DNA from: an uncultured virus (IMG/VR IMGVR_UViG_3300014962_000005)
Lineage: Duplodnaviria; Heunggongvirae; Uroviricota; Caudoviricetes
Strand: one strand, 5' to 3'
Virus record (IMG/VR): IMGVR_UViG_3300014962_000005
DNA length: 64,000 nucleotides
Shown: in pieces, positions 38,301 through 48,128 of the stretch
Layout: the number at the start of each line of letters is the position of its first letter
Position numbering within the stretch: the first letter of the stretch is position 1
Program-made: the position numbers and the translations under genes
Notes under the pieces: model-generated
Seen by the model: only the letters and a program-made list of their open reading frames with translations
The model's database searches: none
Told to the model about the DNA's origin: nothing

Positions 38301-41300
38301 GCTTCGGAGACGTGGATTGGTACGACTGAGCAGTTCCTCGCTGAGTTCGCCGACACGGATGCAGGCCGAGCGGTCGAGGGCAACGCTGCCATCGAAGCCT
38401 TCTACGACTCGGCCACGGACCGTGCGGTGGTCCTGACCGACCGGGTGCAGGTGCTCGAAGGCGACGCCCGACGCGCCGTGCGCAACGGCACCAGTGCGGC
38501 AGAAGAGGCCGTGCGCCGTCTCATCCGCCATGAGTCCTTCGTTCACCGTGGATGGCGGGCGCTCCCCTCCGACCTCCGCACCCAGTTCCTCGCACTCGCC
38601 GACTCCGTCCCCTCCGCCGAAGACCTCGACGCCATCGCCAAGACCTACCGCCGCTACGCCAACTGGCGCGACGACGCCTCACTGAAGGCGCTGGTGTTCG
38701 AGGAGTGGCTGGCCCAGCGCATCGAGCGCATCGAGAAGCTCCCGGCTGCGGCTGATGGGCCTCTGGCGCAGGTGAAGGAGTGGCTGGGTCGCGTGTGGCA
38801 GTGGCTCACTGGTGACGACTCGTTGGAGGCGACGCCGACCGAGTTGCGTGACGTGATTCGCCAGATGGTAAGGGCGCTGGAGACGGGTGAGAAGGAGGTG
38901 GCTGGCCGTGGCGCTGCAATTGCCTCTCAGCCCAAGACGACCGTGATGCCGGATGGTGCTGTCCTCCAAGGGCCGATGATGTTCAGCATTCGCACTTTCC
39001 ACGGTTCGCCATTCAAAGTTGACCGACTGCGCACTTCCGCAATTGGCACCGGGGAGGGTGCGCAGTCGTATGGGTGGGGGTTGTACGCCGCCGAAGCTAG
39101 GGCAGTGGCGAGCACTTACGCCGGTCAGGCCGGTAATATCTACACAGTCGAGCTGCTGCCAGACGAAGATTCTTTCCTCGAATGGGATACTCCAATCAAT
39201 GAGCAGAGCCAATACATCCAAGATACTCTCATTGAATACGACGACAGTCTTACAGGGCGCGATATTTACTCCCTTCTGACGGCAGAACAAGGCATTGAGG
39301 CCAGGTGGGAACGCGGAGCTTGGCAGATCTACGACTCCTCTGGACGAAACATTGGGGTTGAGGGTGATGCTGAACAAACGGATTCTCCACGCGAAGTTAT
39401 TCGGACATTTCTCTCATACGGCCTCCCTGGTGACATTGGTGCCGACTCCAAAAAAGCAGCTTCTGAATATCTCGCGTCCATCGGCATCCCAGGTATCCGC
39501 TACCTCGACCAAGGAAGCCGTGACGTTGGCGATGGCACTTACAACTACGTCATCTTTGATGAGAACCTTGTCCGCATCCTTGAGGAAAACGGCACCCCCA
39601 TTGACCAGCCTGAGTCCCCCGACATCCGGTTCTCCATCACCCAAGACCCCAACGCCGACACCCAAGACCCCAACGCCGACACCCTGCGCCGCATCGTCAG
39701 TGAGGCTACGCCGACTGAGGCGATGGAGACATCCAAGGCTAGGGAGTTCACGATGCGGGCGAACACGCTCGAAGAAGACGAGAAGGCGTTCATGGGTGCC
39801 CCTGTGGCCAACCTCGACTACTACACTCAGTCGGTCGAGAACGCCAAGCAAGGTGCTATCAAGTTCGTTGACGCGATGGGTCCAGTTGGTGAGTGGGGGC
39901 AGAAGCTCCTCTCTCCCGAGTGGTGTGAGGCGATGAACCTCAAGACCGACAGCTACCTCTACCCGTTCGTCTTGGCCGAGGCGCTGAACCGCTCTGGGGG
40001 CATCGTTGACCCGAGGACGACTGAGGGGGTTGCCCGTGTTCGCAGCAACGAGATTATCGCTGGCCTGTTTAGCGGCATTCGAACCTCATCCGGTCAATCG
40101 CTCAACGCGATGGCGAAGATCATGGCCGACCCCCGCTACGCCCCGATGTTTGTTGTTCAGGCCGCTCGCGACATGACCAACAAGACCGCCGCCACGGTGG
40201 TTGACCCGCAGACGAACGTGCCTGCGGCCACCGACGCAGTCCGCCAAGGTGACGAGCAGGCTCGTCAGCAGGCGACCGACGACTTGACCGAGGAGCTTCG
40301 CCTCCGCGACCTCATCTACGACATGGGCATCGCCGCACAGGATGCGGGGATTGCAGAGCGTATTCGCCGCATCAACGACAACGTGTTCCGCCTCGGCGTG
40401 ATTGAGCGGATGCGGGCGGCCATGGCTGCCTCTGGCGTCGCTCCCTCCATGGTGACAGCATCACGCGCTGCGGTCGAGCAACAGTATGAAGGGTTCACTC
40501 TGGAGCAACTCGAAGCCGAGGCCGCTCGTCTCCGTGACGAGATTCGTCAGGACGTGGCTGCCGTCGAGCAGGCTGCCAAGGCGACTCCGCGCAAGGGCCG
40601 CAAAGGCTCCGACCCGGCCTCACAGGCCAAGGCCCTCATTGACAAGCTGGAGGCCAGTCCACAGGTGCCCAAGAAGCCCAAGCCGAACCCGGTGCGTGAC
40701 CTCTACCGTGAGCACTTGAAGGAGCCGATTGGGCAGAGCGAGTTTGTCAACGGGCTAGTCGAGCTTGGCGTCACGGCCGAGGATGCTCAGAAGCTCTACG
40801 ACCTTGCGGCCATCAAGATCGCCGCCGCGCAGGCAACGAACACTCAGGCCAAGCTCTCGCGCTACCTCTCCAACGATGGCAGCGCACTAGCGTCGGCGGT
40901 GAACGCCATCCGCTCCAAGACCGAAGGCGCTCCGACGTGGCAGCAACTCTTCAACCAGCCCTTCGAGACCCAGCGCCAGTGGCGGCAGCGGTTCTATGAG
41001 GCGCTGCGGGCTGACCCGGCTCTGGCCAACCTCACGCCGCAGGAGACCCGCGACCTCGCTGCCGCACTGGACAAGGTGTGGAACGACAAGCGGGAGCGCA
41101 ACCTCCAGAGCATCCTCAAGCGTGCCAACCTCCCCGGCACCAAGGAGAAGACCAAGCAGAAGATTGCGGAATCCGTGCCTCTTCTGCTCCGCTACTTGAA
41201 TACCGGCGTCTTCAATGACGATTCGTTTCGGGCGGCGGTGGCGAAGAAGTTCGGGGCGAAGGTGCTCGGCGCTGACGACTTGGCCCGCATCAGCACGCTC

Positions 41301-43355
41301 GCTCAGGAGGCTCAGGCCGATGGCATCACTCAGCCGGAGCGCAACCAGAAGCTCTTTGAGATGGTGAAGATCATCCAGCAGGGTGCGGGCGTGGAGCTGG
41401 GCGAGGTCATCAGCAACTACTGGGTCACGGCTGTCCTCTCCGGCTTCCGCACCCAGTTCGACATGGCGCTGTCCTCGCTCAACGGCCTGCGCGTCATGGC
41501 TCAGACTGCCGCAGACGTTGCCATCCGTCGCCGTGACTTCAAGATGGTCGGACAGGCGGCGAAGAACTACTTCAAGACCATGGCCAACGCCATCTTGGAG
41601 TCGGCCAACTACTTCGTCACTGGCGACCCGACCCTGCTGGACGGCTACCAGTACACGATGAACCAGTTCTTGCAGGAGGGCATCGCAGCGTCCAACCCGT
41701 TCGACTACTTCGAGCAGGTCATCAAAGACCCCCGCGTTGCCGGCTGGCGCAAGATCACCCCCTACTTCTTCGCCGGCATCCAGCGTGCCATGCGCATCTG
41801 GGACCATATCAACTCCACCTCGGTCAAAGAGGGGATGCTGCCGCTGGCCATGGCTCTCAACCAAGAGACGTATCGCGACGCCCGGATGCCGAGTGCCGAG
41901 GACGTGGCACAGGCTCGTCAGAAGGCTCTGGCCATCGTCGGTGGTGACAAGACCTACCGCGAGAAGCGGGCTATTACGGCCTACACTCGGCAGATCCTCA
42001 ACGACCTGCTGGAGAGCCAGTACCCCGGCTTGCTGGACGAGGCCCGGGAAGTCGGTTTCATCTCCGCTTACCAGAACGACCCGACCGGCCTCGGCGGCAT
42101 CATCTACCATACGCTCTTGGGAGTGACGAAGAAGTTCGTGAATGCCGCAGGCAAGTTCCGTGACGAGGGCGTGGCTGCCAGAGAGAACTCCGAGTGGAGC
42201 GAGGCCCGCAAGATCACCGACCGCTTCATGCGTGCGGCGCTCTACATCCTTGCCTCCAACGCCCGCAACTTCACCGGCACGCGCTTCGTCCGGTTCGTCG
42301 GCAACCGCGTCAACGAACTCATCTCCTTCACGCCGGTCGTGGGCCTCACCCGTCTGGCGGAGAAGGGCATGACTGAAAGCCAGAGGTCGATGATCTACAC
42401 GAACCAGGTCGTCGGCGGCATCCTCAGTCTCTGGGTCATCGCCTCGATGATGCGTGCGATGGAGGATGAGGAGGACGAAGAGAAGCGCGGCTGGAACGTC
42501 GAAGGGTCGTGGGCCAACCTGACCCCAACACAGAAGAACCAGCGCCGTGCCGAGGGCCGCATTCCCTACTCGCTGAAGATCGGCGATACCAACTTCAACT
42601 ACAACGCTTGGCCCATGGCCTCCCTGTTCGCTACGGTCGGCAACCTCTACGACATGAAGAGGTACCGCCCGGACAAGTGGAACGAGAAGGACGTGCTGGA
42701 CAAGACTCTGTCCTCCCTCTGGGCGGGCGGCACGTCCATCATGGACCTCTCCTCCATCTCCGGCCTCATGGACCTACTGGGTCGCTCGGCCTACTCCACC
42801 GACCCGGTCGAGGGGGCGAAGCAGTGGGCGGCGAAGTTCTCGGCCAACTACGTCGGCGGGTTCATCCCCCGTGCGCTCAAGGACTTGGACATGGTCTTCG
42901 ACCCCGAGGCCCGTAAGCCTGACAACCTGTTTGGTTACTTCGCCAAGGAAATTCCGTTCTACCGTCGCACCGGGGCTGCCGGCGAGAAGCTCTACGACAT
43001 CTTCGGCGAACCCGTCCAGATGCGCCGCGAGCCGTGGTCCCGCTCGTTCTCCCAGGACAAGCTGGAGCCGGAGTACAACCTCCTCGGCGACCTCAACGAA
43101 CGCGGTATCTTCCTCAGCCCTGCCAACCCTGACAACCGGACTGTGGGGAGTGGTGCCAACCGCCGCGAGCTGACCAAGGCCGAGGCCGAAGCCTACATGA
43201 TGGAGACGGGCAAGCTCTACAAGGACTATGTGCTCCAGCAGGGTGAGCGACTCAAGGAGCTTGACTTTGAGACGGCCAAGGAGAAGGTGTCTCGCGACAC
43301 GGAGCGGCTGCGCAATGCGGCCCTGCGCCGTGCAATCTCCATCACAGCTCAATGA
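35364..43355 (+). CDS. large polyvalent-type internal virion protein with metallopeptidase-like and ADP-ribosyltransferase-like domains
   Basis: 2663 aa; Gly/Ala hydrophobic N-terminal region; RHESFVHRG...FEEWLA; FHGSPF...IGTGEGAQSYGWGLY...GIPGIRYLD...NYVIFD. Confidence 0.75.
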   Translation: MASYDLTSGKTGRTYKVEFDNDPTPEDVDFAIDYFDNQPVAEEEQPGYLSQLGTALSTGTQTALASGRTAFNVLTGDTEDTATALADLAAAQREAQAAQTPEDVAFLTDLQQQARELEAAEGILPTLRETVDLPLAALRQPGAALKTAVQSLPNVLVSTPVTIGAGLVGAAAGGLAGLPTTGPGALVTGALGAAAGGALANTALEVGPAVFDILNERTDGAAANWTREQIVEALKADPTIVEEGLKRGATRGAVIGATEAIGLGAGSRLAGASGRAVQQATRRALVEQGVDLADDVAVRAGMQLPAVQAAREAAQAGFTRAGEVARVAAGAGIETAASGAGEALAQLATGEDVDTADVFLEMLGESVASVPTVLAGQVLGRDPVVRATAANVQRAEEAMGEAFPNVDELEAQVGREAADAVAQAVVDAGAPVGQPTVEGELPIEVTPPAAITEEVPSEPTPITPVEPLPAVEAEAPAAVETQTQPEPQPGDEIQIAEAGGLPPVESQPLVQAPAVEAPEGAALGGREGQEGQVTAEPAQPTEVAPATPIKASGLEIGDTFQLGGRVYQLSSRLRDGRLRATQLDPTTFEPLPTPAGYAAGTGVVIPKNRNVTRVQRPLPAPQAEVVSPEGVTPTQPLPPTGGVPTESLPAGQPTSGDVGTAGAGRDTLTPSQRKPKKGEPFIKEYPDLELEFRKYNYPNGKPAGWELLEKRTGLVLRRAKTKDEALKNFRRGLLWTQAWSNTQPSIFSLVNENIDSKGISAQKYTKDYKVKPSREEWRDILEARLAEEKADLEEYVRQQRRVGGYPNTEFREGTIAQIEERLANIDSYQETDEPTSGDVGTALRAVATNTATPEQVGSLEAQGLARTVQGQPVITDAGLALMPEAERPRLTEAERVAEIESQAAQPPAPTNTPSANVQPSIRPLQGDQQRNETLARRKRPRPSSPTVLRARDGQPLPNITVTADNAAKARDKESRQVPGASETWIGTTEQFLAEFADTDAGRAVEGNAAIEAFYDSATDRAVVLTDRVQVLEGDARRAVRNGTSAAEEAVRRLIRHESFVHRGWRALPSDLRTQFLALADSVPSAEDLDAIAKTYRRYANWRDDASLKALVFEEWLAQRIERIEKLPAAADGPLAQVKEWLGRVWQWLTGDDSLEATPTELRDVIRQMVRALETGEKEVAGRGAAIASQPKTTVMPDGAVLQGPMMFSIRTFHGSPFKVDRLRTSAIGTGEGAQSYGWGLYAAEARAVASTYAGQAGNIYTVELLPDEDSFLEWDTPINEQSQYIQDTLIEYDDSLTGRDIYSLLTAEQGIEARWERGAWQIYDSSGRNIGVEGDAEQTDSPREVIRTFLSYGLPGDIGADSKKAASEYLASIGIPGIRYLDQGSRDVGDGTYNYVIFDENLVRILEENGTPIDQPESPDIRFSITQDPNADTQDPNADTLRRIVSEATPTEAMETSKAREFTMRANTLEEDEKAFMGAPVANLDYYTQSVENAKQGAIKFVDAMGPVGEWGQKLLSPEWCEAMNLKTDSYLYPFVLAEALNRSGGIVDPRTTEGVARVRSNEIIAGLFSGIRTSSGQSLNAMAKIMADPRYAPMFVVQAARDMTNKTAATVVDPQTNVPAATDAVRQGDEQARQQATDDLTEELRLRDLIYDMGIAAQDAGIAERIRRINDNVFRLGVIERMRAAMAASGVAPSMVTASRAAVEQQYEGFTLEQLEAEAARLRDEIRQDVAAVEQAAKATPRKGRKGSDPASQAKALIDKLEASPQVPKKPKPNPVRDLYREHLKEPIGQSEFVNGLVELGVTAEDAQKLYDLAAIKIAAAQATNTQAKLSRYLSNDGSALASAVNAIRSKTEGAPTWQQLFNQPFETQRQWRQRFYEALRADPALANLTPQETRDLAAALDKVWNDKRERNLQSILKRANLPGTKEKTKQKIAESVPLLLRYLNTGVFNDDSFRAAVAKKFGAKVLGADDLARISTLAQEAQADGITQPERNQKLFEMVKIIQQGAGVELGEVISNYWVTAVLSGFRTQFDMALSSLNGLRVMAQTAADVAIRRRDFKMVGQAAKNYFKTMANAILESANYFVTGDPTLLDGYQYTMNQFLQEGIAASNPFDYFEQVIKDPRVAGWRKITPYFFAGIQRAMRIWDHINSTSVKEGMLPLAMALNQETYRDARMPSAEDVAQARQKALAIVGGDKTYREKRAITAYTRQILNDLLESQYPGLLDEAREVGFISAYQNDPTGLGGIIYHTLLGVTKKFVNAAGKFRDEGVAARENSEWSEARKITDRFMRAALYILASNARNFTGTRFVRFVGNRVNELISFTPVVGLTRLAEKGMTESQRSMIYTNQVVGGILSLWVIASMMRAMEDEEDEEKRGWNVEGSWANLTPTQKNQRRAEGRIPYSLKIGDTNFNYNAWPMASLFATVGNLYDMKRYRPDKWNEKDVLDKTLSSLWAGGTSIMDLSSISGLMDLLGRSAYSTDPVEGAKQWAAKFSANYVGGFIPRALKDLDMVFDPEARKPDNLFGYFAKEIPFYRRTGAAGEKLYDIFGEPVQMRREPWSRSFSQDKLEPEYNLLGDLNERGIFLSPANPDNRTVGSGANRRELTKAEAEAYMMETGKLYKDYVLQQGERLKELDFETAKEKVSRDTERLRNAALRRAISITAQ

Positions 43356-44026
43356 TCCTCCAACGCACCACCGAGACCCCCAAGCACAAGCGCGAGGAAG
43401 TCCAGCGCCGATACCCCAACTACAAGATCATCGGCGACCGCGTTGGTTGGTTCTACCCTGTGGAGCAGACCAAGGTGGTCCTGATGTCGGTCGGATGGAA
43501 ATCGCTGGTTCACGATGTCAGGGAGCACCTGAAGGGGAATGACCTGCCTGTGCCGCCGAACTTGGATTTGGTGATGCAAGAGTGGTGGTGTTCAGAGGTG
43601 GGCGGGGAAGCGTGTGGAGAGCCGCCTCCGGTGGCACCGCATGACCTGCGTGCGTTGGCCGAAAGGTTCTTGCGGACAGCCAAGAAGTTCGTGTTCGATG
43701 GGGGTCAGAAGGTGCCGCAGGAGGAAGCCGAACGGCGTGCTGCCACCTGTGCGACGTGTCCGAAGAATGTGAATGCCGAGTGGTGCACGGGGTGTTTTAT
43801 GACCAGCCTCACTGCGTCAGCTGTCAAGATGGTCTCAGGCTGGACGACTTCCCAGGACTCCAAGCTCCAGTCGTGCCAGGTGTGCGGATGTAGGCTCTCC
43901 CTGAAGGTGCACTTGGGTCTGGAGTCCATGCGCTACCGGGAACTCGACGGCCTGTGGCCCGACCACTGCTGGGCTAAACCGAAGCAAGCCGAGTCGCCAG
44001 ATACTTCTGCCGCAGACCCTCTTTGA
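43352..44026 (+). CDS. Cys-rich hypothetical protein
   Basis: CATCPKN, CTGC, CQVCGC, PDHCW. Confidence 0.7.
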   Translation: MILQRTTETPKHKREEVQRRYPNYKIIGDRVGWFYPVEQTKVVLMSVGWKSLVHDVREHLKGNDLPVPPNLDLVMQEWWCSEVGGEACGEPPPVAPHDLRALAERFLRTAKKFVFDGGQKVPQEEAERRAATCATCPKNVNAEWCTGCFMTSLTASAVKMVSGWTTSQDSKLQSCQVCGCRLSLKVHLGLESMRYRELDGLWPDHCWAKPKQAESPDTSAADPL

Positions 44027-44453
44027 TGCCGGGGTGGCGGAGGAAGAAGCCCAGCGAATCCTGCTGGATGGACTTCATCGTGCGCAGGATGGCAACGAGA
44101 GTCAGTCGGTCCATCGGCTTTTCGCCGTTCTTCCGCTCTGCTAGGGTGTGCAACCATGGGTAGATCCAGCCGTCTCCTTTCGACCACCACTCCATGCTCT
44201 CTTCTGCGAGGCTGGTGAGAAACACCTCCTTCGCCTTCTGAGCGCAGACGAGTGGATGGATGCCGTCTAGCTCCTCGGCGGTTAGGCTGGCAGACCCGCT
44301 GGACTGGAAGCGGTTGAAGGCGTCACGGAATGGCTCGGGGTCATAGTGTTCCAGTGGGCGCAAGCCCTTGGTGAACGGTGTGGGGGAGAGCCAATAGAGC
44401 CAGTGCTTCCACAGGCGATCAGCGCGAACTTGTTTGCGGGTGCGTCGGGTCAC
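43974..44453 (-). CDS. hypothetical protein
   Basis: last ORF of the leftward arm. Confidence 0.5.
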   Translation of the reverse strand: MTRRTRKQVRADRLWKHWLYWLSPTPFTKGLRPLEHYDPEPFRDAFNRFQSSGSASLTAEELDGIHPLVCAQKAKEVFLTSLAEESMEWWSKGDGWIYPWLHTLAERKNGEKPMDRLTLVAILRTMKSIQQDSLGFFLRHPGIKEGLRQKYLATRLASV

Positions 44454-44803
44454 GTCTCGGATAGGTAAGTATCTGGTTTCAGTTCGACCACTTCAAACTC
44501 AGAAGCATCACACATGCACGATCCATGTTTCTTATGATAGGCTTGGATGTCGAGGAGGGCGTTGTTGGCGCACGAGGAGCCGTCGTTGTAGAAAAAGTCA
44601 ACATCCTCGCTACCCCAATCGGCAGGTACGCTTACCTCATAGGTTGTAGTCATGCGGATCACGACGGTCCTTCTGACTAGCACGCAGGAGGCTTTGTGAA
44701 AGCTGCCGAAAGGTTGCTGGCAGTAGCAACAGGCCCCTTTTCTACCACCTGGGCGCTCTGCGTCAGGGGTAACGGTAAAGGTTGATAGTTCGTCGGTGTT
44801 CAT
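44450..44803 (-). CDS. hypothetical Cys-containing protein
   Basis: CCYCQQPFGSFHKASC; coupled starts and stops. Confidence 0.65.
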   Translation of the reverse strand: MNTDELSTFTVTPDAERPGGRKGACCYCQQPFGSFHKASCVLVRRTVVIRMTTTYEVSVPADWGSEDVDFFYNDGSSCANNALLDIQAYHKKHGSCMCDASEFEVVELKPDTYLSET

Positions 44804-45205
44804 GGCAATTCTTTGAGCATCTTGAAACAGTGGTGCAGGAGCAGCGCCCCGTCCTCTAACTTCTCGTCATCGGTCAACCCCTCAAGGTGCCGATCCACGG
44901 CGAGCAGCAGGTCGGGGTACTCCTTGGGCACTTGGTAGCAGATGGCTTCCAGTTGCTCGGCCGCGCCGGGGGACCAGACGGGAACTGGCTGGCCGTTGAA
45001 CATCTCAAAGGTCAACAGTTTGCCTGCCGTTATGGCGTCAATCAGGCGGTCGCCTTTGGTCATTCCCATGGCGCGGTGGCCCATTTGGCGGGTCTTGGTG
45101 GGTTTGGATTTCGCTTCGGGCTGGTGGCGATAGCACCGATGATGGTACCTAGGCCGTGGCCAATGACCGCAGCGAAGAAGATGAGTGATGCTGGGTCCAT
45201 AGTCT

Positions 45206-45425
45206 TCAAAACATCCCCCGGAACAGGTCATCGAAGCGGCCACCGGGAACCCTAGACTTCAGCGAAGCCATCGCCGCCCCAACACTCTTGCCCTGCTCAT
45301 AAGCCTGCTCCCATGTCTGGTCGAACAGCTTGCGCAGGCCGGCCGCAGACATGGTCACTTGACCGTCGCCAGCGAAGGCGGGGGTTCTTGTCGGTGTAGA
45401 TTTTCCAGAGTTCGGATTTGGTCAT
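45206..45425 (-). pseudogene. small gene interrupted by a +1 frameshift in a C5 run
   Basis: 220 nt from ATG to TGA; removing one C of the run at 45380-45384 gives MTKSELWKIYTDKNPAFAGDGQVTMSAAGLRKLFDQTWEQ... Confidence 0.5.
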
Positions 45426-46804
45426 AGTCGTGTGCGTTGTGCAGCAGCCTTCTCCAGCAATTTCAAGCTGTCAAGCAGGCTTCGCTCCGTTTCCTTCTTC
45501 TCCCGCAGCGCCTCTGCCACCACGTCATCCACGGTGCCGGGCGCGATGAGCCTATACACCACAGTGGCGTTCTCCTGCCCTCGCCTCGCCAAGCGTGCCA
45601 CCATCTGCTCGTAGTTCTCGCGGCTGAAGGTCAGCGTCATCCAGACGAGCGTGTTGCCCCCATGCTGGAGGTTCAGGCCATGGCCGACGCTGGCGGGATG
45701 GGCGACGAGCATGGGCACCTTGCCGGCGTTCCACGCTGCGAGGAGGGCCTGCTGCTCTGCCGCACTCTTGGCGTCGGCGAAGAACTTGGCCTTGGGGAAC
45801 CGAGCGCGGAGCCGGTCTTGCTCGCTCTGGAAGTTGACGGCGACGAGCACGGGGCCGTCGGTCTTTTTCACAATCTTCTCCAGCGCGTCCAGCTTGGCGT
45901 CGTGCAGATGCACCGTGCTCTTGTCCTCCATGTAGAGCGCACCCGAGGTGAACTGCTGGAGCTTGCCGAGTAGCACGGCGGCGTTAGCGGCGGTCACGGT
46001 CTGGCCTTCGATCTCGATGAGGAGGTCACGCTCGAACTGGCGGTAGGAGGCGGGGTCTGGTAGAGTCACCTCCACGTCCTCAACGTGAACATCGGGAATG
46101 TCGAGCCAGTCCTCGCTGGACAAAGTGACAGTCAGATGGGCGATTGCTTTGTTGATGGCGTCCTTGGCCCATGGCTTCGGCGTCCACGACCAGCCCATCC
46201 AGTCCGAATCGAAATAGGTCTGCTGGAACCGTGTGAAGGCGGTGCCGAGCGCGGCACCATCGTCCAGCAGGCGGATCTGGGCGAACAGGTCCATGAGGCT
46301 ATTGGGTGCTGGTGTGCCGGTGAGACCCCAGCGTCTCGGTGCCCGTGGGAGCTTGCGGAATGCGTTGATGCGCTTGGACGAGTGAGACTTCGCCTTGGTG
46401 GTCTCGNNNNNNNNNNCGTCCCACACCTCCACGTCGTAGGGAAGCTTGCCCTTCCGCTTCTTCAGCAGCTCGCCGACGATGTGCAGGGACTCGTAGTTGA
46501 TGAGGTAGAGTTGAGCCGTGCCGGCGATGAACGCCTGCTTCCCCTCCTCGGTGCGCAGGTTGGCCACCCGCATCCACCTGAACTGCTCCCACTTCTCCAC
46601 TTCGTTCGGCCAGGTGAGGTTGATAGGCCGGAGCGGAGCAACGACCAGTGCGGCTCTCACAGCGAGGTCGTGAAGCAGTTCGTTGAGGGCGTAGAGGCTG
46701 GTCGCCGTCTTGCCGATGCCCATGCCGACGAACCCAGCGGTGACTGGGTTGTTGAGGAAATGGTCAGCGAGGATGCGCTGTGGCTCGGAGGGGGAGAAGC
46801 GCAT
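45422..46804 (-). CDS. SNF2-like superfamily 2 helicase
   Basis: MGIGKT, WDE (N gap at 46407-46416), LTGTP, GHGLNLQ, ARLARRGQ. Confidence 0.9.
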   Translation of the reverse strand: MRFSPSEPQRILADHFLNNPVTAGFVGMGIGKTATSLYALNELLHDLAVRAALVVAPLRPINLTWPNEVEKWEQFRWMRVANLRTEEGKQAFIAGTAQLYLINYESLHIVGELLKKRKGKLPYDVEVWDXXXXETTKAKSHSSKRINAFRKLPRAPRRWGLTGTPAPNSLMDLFAQIRLLDDGAALGTAFTRFQQTYFDSDWMGWSWTPKPWAKDAINKAIAHLTVTLSSEDWLDIPDVHVEDVEVTLPDPASYRQFERDLLIEIEGQTVTAANAAVLLGKLQQFTSGALYMEDKSTVHLHDAKLDALEKIVKKTDGPVLVAVNFQSEQDRLRARFPKAKFFADAKSAAEQQALLAAWNAGKVPMLVAHPASVGHGLNLQHGGNTLVWMTLTFSRENYEQMVARLARRGQENATVVYRLIAPGTVDDVVAEALREKKETERSLLDSLKLLEKAAAQRTRL

Positions 46805-46807
46805 GGC

Positions 46808-47158
46808 TCACTTCCACTGCCGCAGATGGCACATGGCACCGATGAGGCCGTAGTTGGCGAGGTCGAGCCAGGAGTCAAGCACGGACTCGTTCTTGGGGGC
46901 CTCTGGCTGCTCCTCGGGATCGTCAGTCAGCTCCATCGGCTTGCGGTTCTTGAGCAGGTTGGCGAGGCGGGCGGTCTTGTCGTCGCATCGCACCAGCACA
47001 CCAAACTCACCGTGGCGGGCGATGTTCTGTGAACCGTAGTCCTGCTGTTTGCGGTCCAGCAGTTGCACGTTCTCAAGAGCGAGCTTGAGGGCCTTGCGGC
47101 CGATTTCAGTTTTGATGCCGAGTTCGGCAGCAAGGTTTGAGGTGTAGTCGTGGTCCAT
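46808..47158 (-). CDS. nucleotide-modification-associated (DUF1599/Nmad1-like) protein
   Basis: LLDRKQQDYG...VRCDDKTARLANL...DSWLDLANYGLI. Confidence 0.75.
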   Translation of the reverse strand: MDHDYTSNLAAELGIKTEIGRKALKLALENVQLLDRKQQDYGSQNIARHGEFGVLVRCDDKTARLANLLKNRKPMELTDDPEEQPEAPKNESVLDSWLDLANYGLIGAMCHLRQWK

Positions 47159-47165
47159 GATGGGA

Positions 47166-47504
47166 TTAGGGTATAGCGTTCTGCCAGAAGCTGATCATGC
47201 GTAGCCCGCGCCACTCGGCAAGGGCTTGTTCAGCGCGTGCGCCTTTGCTCTTCTGCCAGTCCTTCAGGAGGAAGATGGCATCGGCGCTCAGGACCGCCTC
47301 GATGTCGGCCCGCATGGCTTTGTCCATGTACTCGGGCGTAGGCTCGATGCCGGCGTGCTCGTCGAAGCCGAGCTGGCGGGAGATGGTTGCTGGGTTCAGG
47401 ACTTCCCAGCCGAGTGCGCGAAGGTGGCTTTCAGCCTCGTCGAAGGCTGGAAAGTTCCAGAGTGGGTAGCCCGTCATGGGGCCGGCGATGTAGATGCGTG
47501 GCAT
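47166..47504 (-). CDS. DUF4406-like (nucleoside deoxyribosyltransferase-fold) protein
   Basis: IYIAGPMTG...NFPAF...LNPA...WQKSKGARAE. Confidence 0.85.
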   Translation of the reverse strand: MPRIYIAGPMTGYPLWNFPAFDEAESHLRALGWEVLNPATISRQLGFDEHAGIEPTPEYMDKAMRADIEAVLSADAIFLLKDWQKSKGARAEQALAEWRGLRMISFWQNAIP

Positions 47505-47531
47505 GTGTTGTATAATCTGTAAATAATCGTT

Positions 47532-47825
47532 TTACCACTTTTCACGAGCGGCCCAGTAGCTGCCGCTCATCTTGCCCTTCTCGATGTTCTTTCGGTGGCG
47601 GGCGAAGAACGAGGCCCGGCGCTTCTTGTCGGCCTCGCTCTCTCCCTTGCGGGGCGGAGAGCCGGAGACGTTCTGTTGCCCAAAACGAATCAACTTTACT
47701 TGGTCCCCGTCTTTCGCCAGAACCACATGGCTCTTCGTCGGATGGCTCGGCGTGCGCTTGGGTTGGTTCACGCCGGAGAGGCCGTGCTCCTTCAAAAGCT
47801 GCTTGATGCGTTCTGGCGTGGGCAT
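47532..47825 (-). CDS. conserved basic phage protein
   Basis: KSHVVLAK...KLIRFGQQ...RRASFFARH...YWA. Confidence 0.75.
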   Translation of the reverse strand: MPTPERIKQLLKEHGLSGVNQPKRTPSHPTKSHVVLAKDGDQVKLIRFGQQNVSGSPPRKGESEADKKRRASFFARHRKNIEKGKMSGSYWAAREKW

Positions 47826-47834
47826 GAGGGGATT

Positions 47835-48128
47835 TTAGGTGCGCTCAGCTAGTTCGTCAACCAGTCTCCGACCCTCCTCCACCGAGGCGCACCACTCGGC
47901 GAAGCAGCCCTGCACGCGCAGGGTGTTCAGCTCGTGCATCTGGAGTGGCGTCGGGCGCTTGCCCGGTGCTTTGAACTCGATGTAGCCTGTCACGCCGTTG
48001 GGGCTGATGAAGATGCGGTCTGGCACGGCCCTGTGCGCGGGGGACGTGAACTTGTACACCAGGAAGCCGAGTGACTTGGCGTAGGTGCAGACGTTGCGTT
48101 CGATGGTGGACTCGCGCATAGGGGTCAC
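47835..48128 (-). CDS. VRR-NUC domain nuclease
   Basis: VPDRIF...IEFKAPGKRPTPLQ. Confidence 0.9.
   Translation of the reverse strand: MTPMRESTIERNVCTYAKSLGFLVYKFTSPAHRAVPDRIFISPNGVTGYIEFKAPGKRPTPLQMHELNTLRVQGCFAEWCASVEEGRRLVDELAERT

Noticed and set aside
46407..46416. Apparent disruption of helicase motif II, and the gap at 28434-28443
   Set aside because: Scaffolding N runs, not biology; the true PT repeat length is therefore uncertain
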